NCBI RefSeq assembly: GCF_018977255.1
Contig: NW_024704743.1
Coordinates: 36,768,001 to 36,832,000 of the forward strand
Origin: Callorhinchus milii
Taxonomy: Eukaryota
DNA length: 64,000 bases
Direction: 5' to 3'
Position numbers and translations under genes: made by a program. Below are positions 63,901 to 64,000 of this stretch, in pieces; position 1 is the first letter of the stretch, and every line of letters starts with the position of its first letter. The notes under the pieces were generated by a model. It was not told the origin of the DNA, did not search any database, and saw only the letters and a program-made list of their open reading frames with translations.

Positions 63901-64000
63901 ACAACAAAAACTTGCATTTATATAGCTCCCTCTCCCTCTCTCCTTGAGCTGCCGAAACCCTCAACCACCTATTTATCATGCCCAAGCTTGACTACACCAA

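Noticed and set aside
54800..64000. Expected CTNNB1 3' end (tail-to-tail with ULK4 in human)
   Set aside because: I found no beta-catenin coding sequence (e.g. ..AWFDTDL*) on the minus strand in this window

Overview
Vertebrate genomic DNA, most likely from a cartilaginous fish (chimaera/shark-type repeat landscape; inferred, not proven). The only gene I can support is the 3' end of ULK4 on the + strand. Five coding exons (11666-11832, 17187-17285, 19067-19252, 49768-49856, 53994-54057 incl. TGA) splice in frame with GT-AG boundaries to give the recognisable ULK4 C-terminus, followed by a 3' UTR with four AATAAA signals. Most of the rest is intronic or intergenic and repeat-rich. It holds decayed L2-clade LINEs with (TTG)n tails, tRNA-headed Deu-domain SINEs sharing the L2 3' stem-loop, CR1 remnants, a Penelope-like fragment with an inverted pLTR, several MITE-like inverted repeats and an old tRNA-like SINE family. 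The most intriguing observations are: (i) an unclassified ~600-bp, hairpin-rich, A-tailed repeat family (>=6 copies) with a covarying 5' hairpin; (ii) a ULK4 exon starting AG|GTAAGC (candidate recursive splice site) after a 30.5-kb intron; (iii) a MITE-like element enclosing a copy of neighbouring DNA; (iv) near-perfect hairpins; (v) RFX X-box clusters. Nearly all ORFs in the supplied track are repeat-derived or spurious. Repeat boundaries are approximate; exon boundaries were counted base by base.
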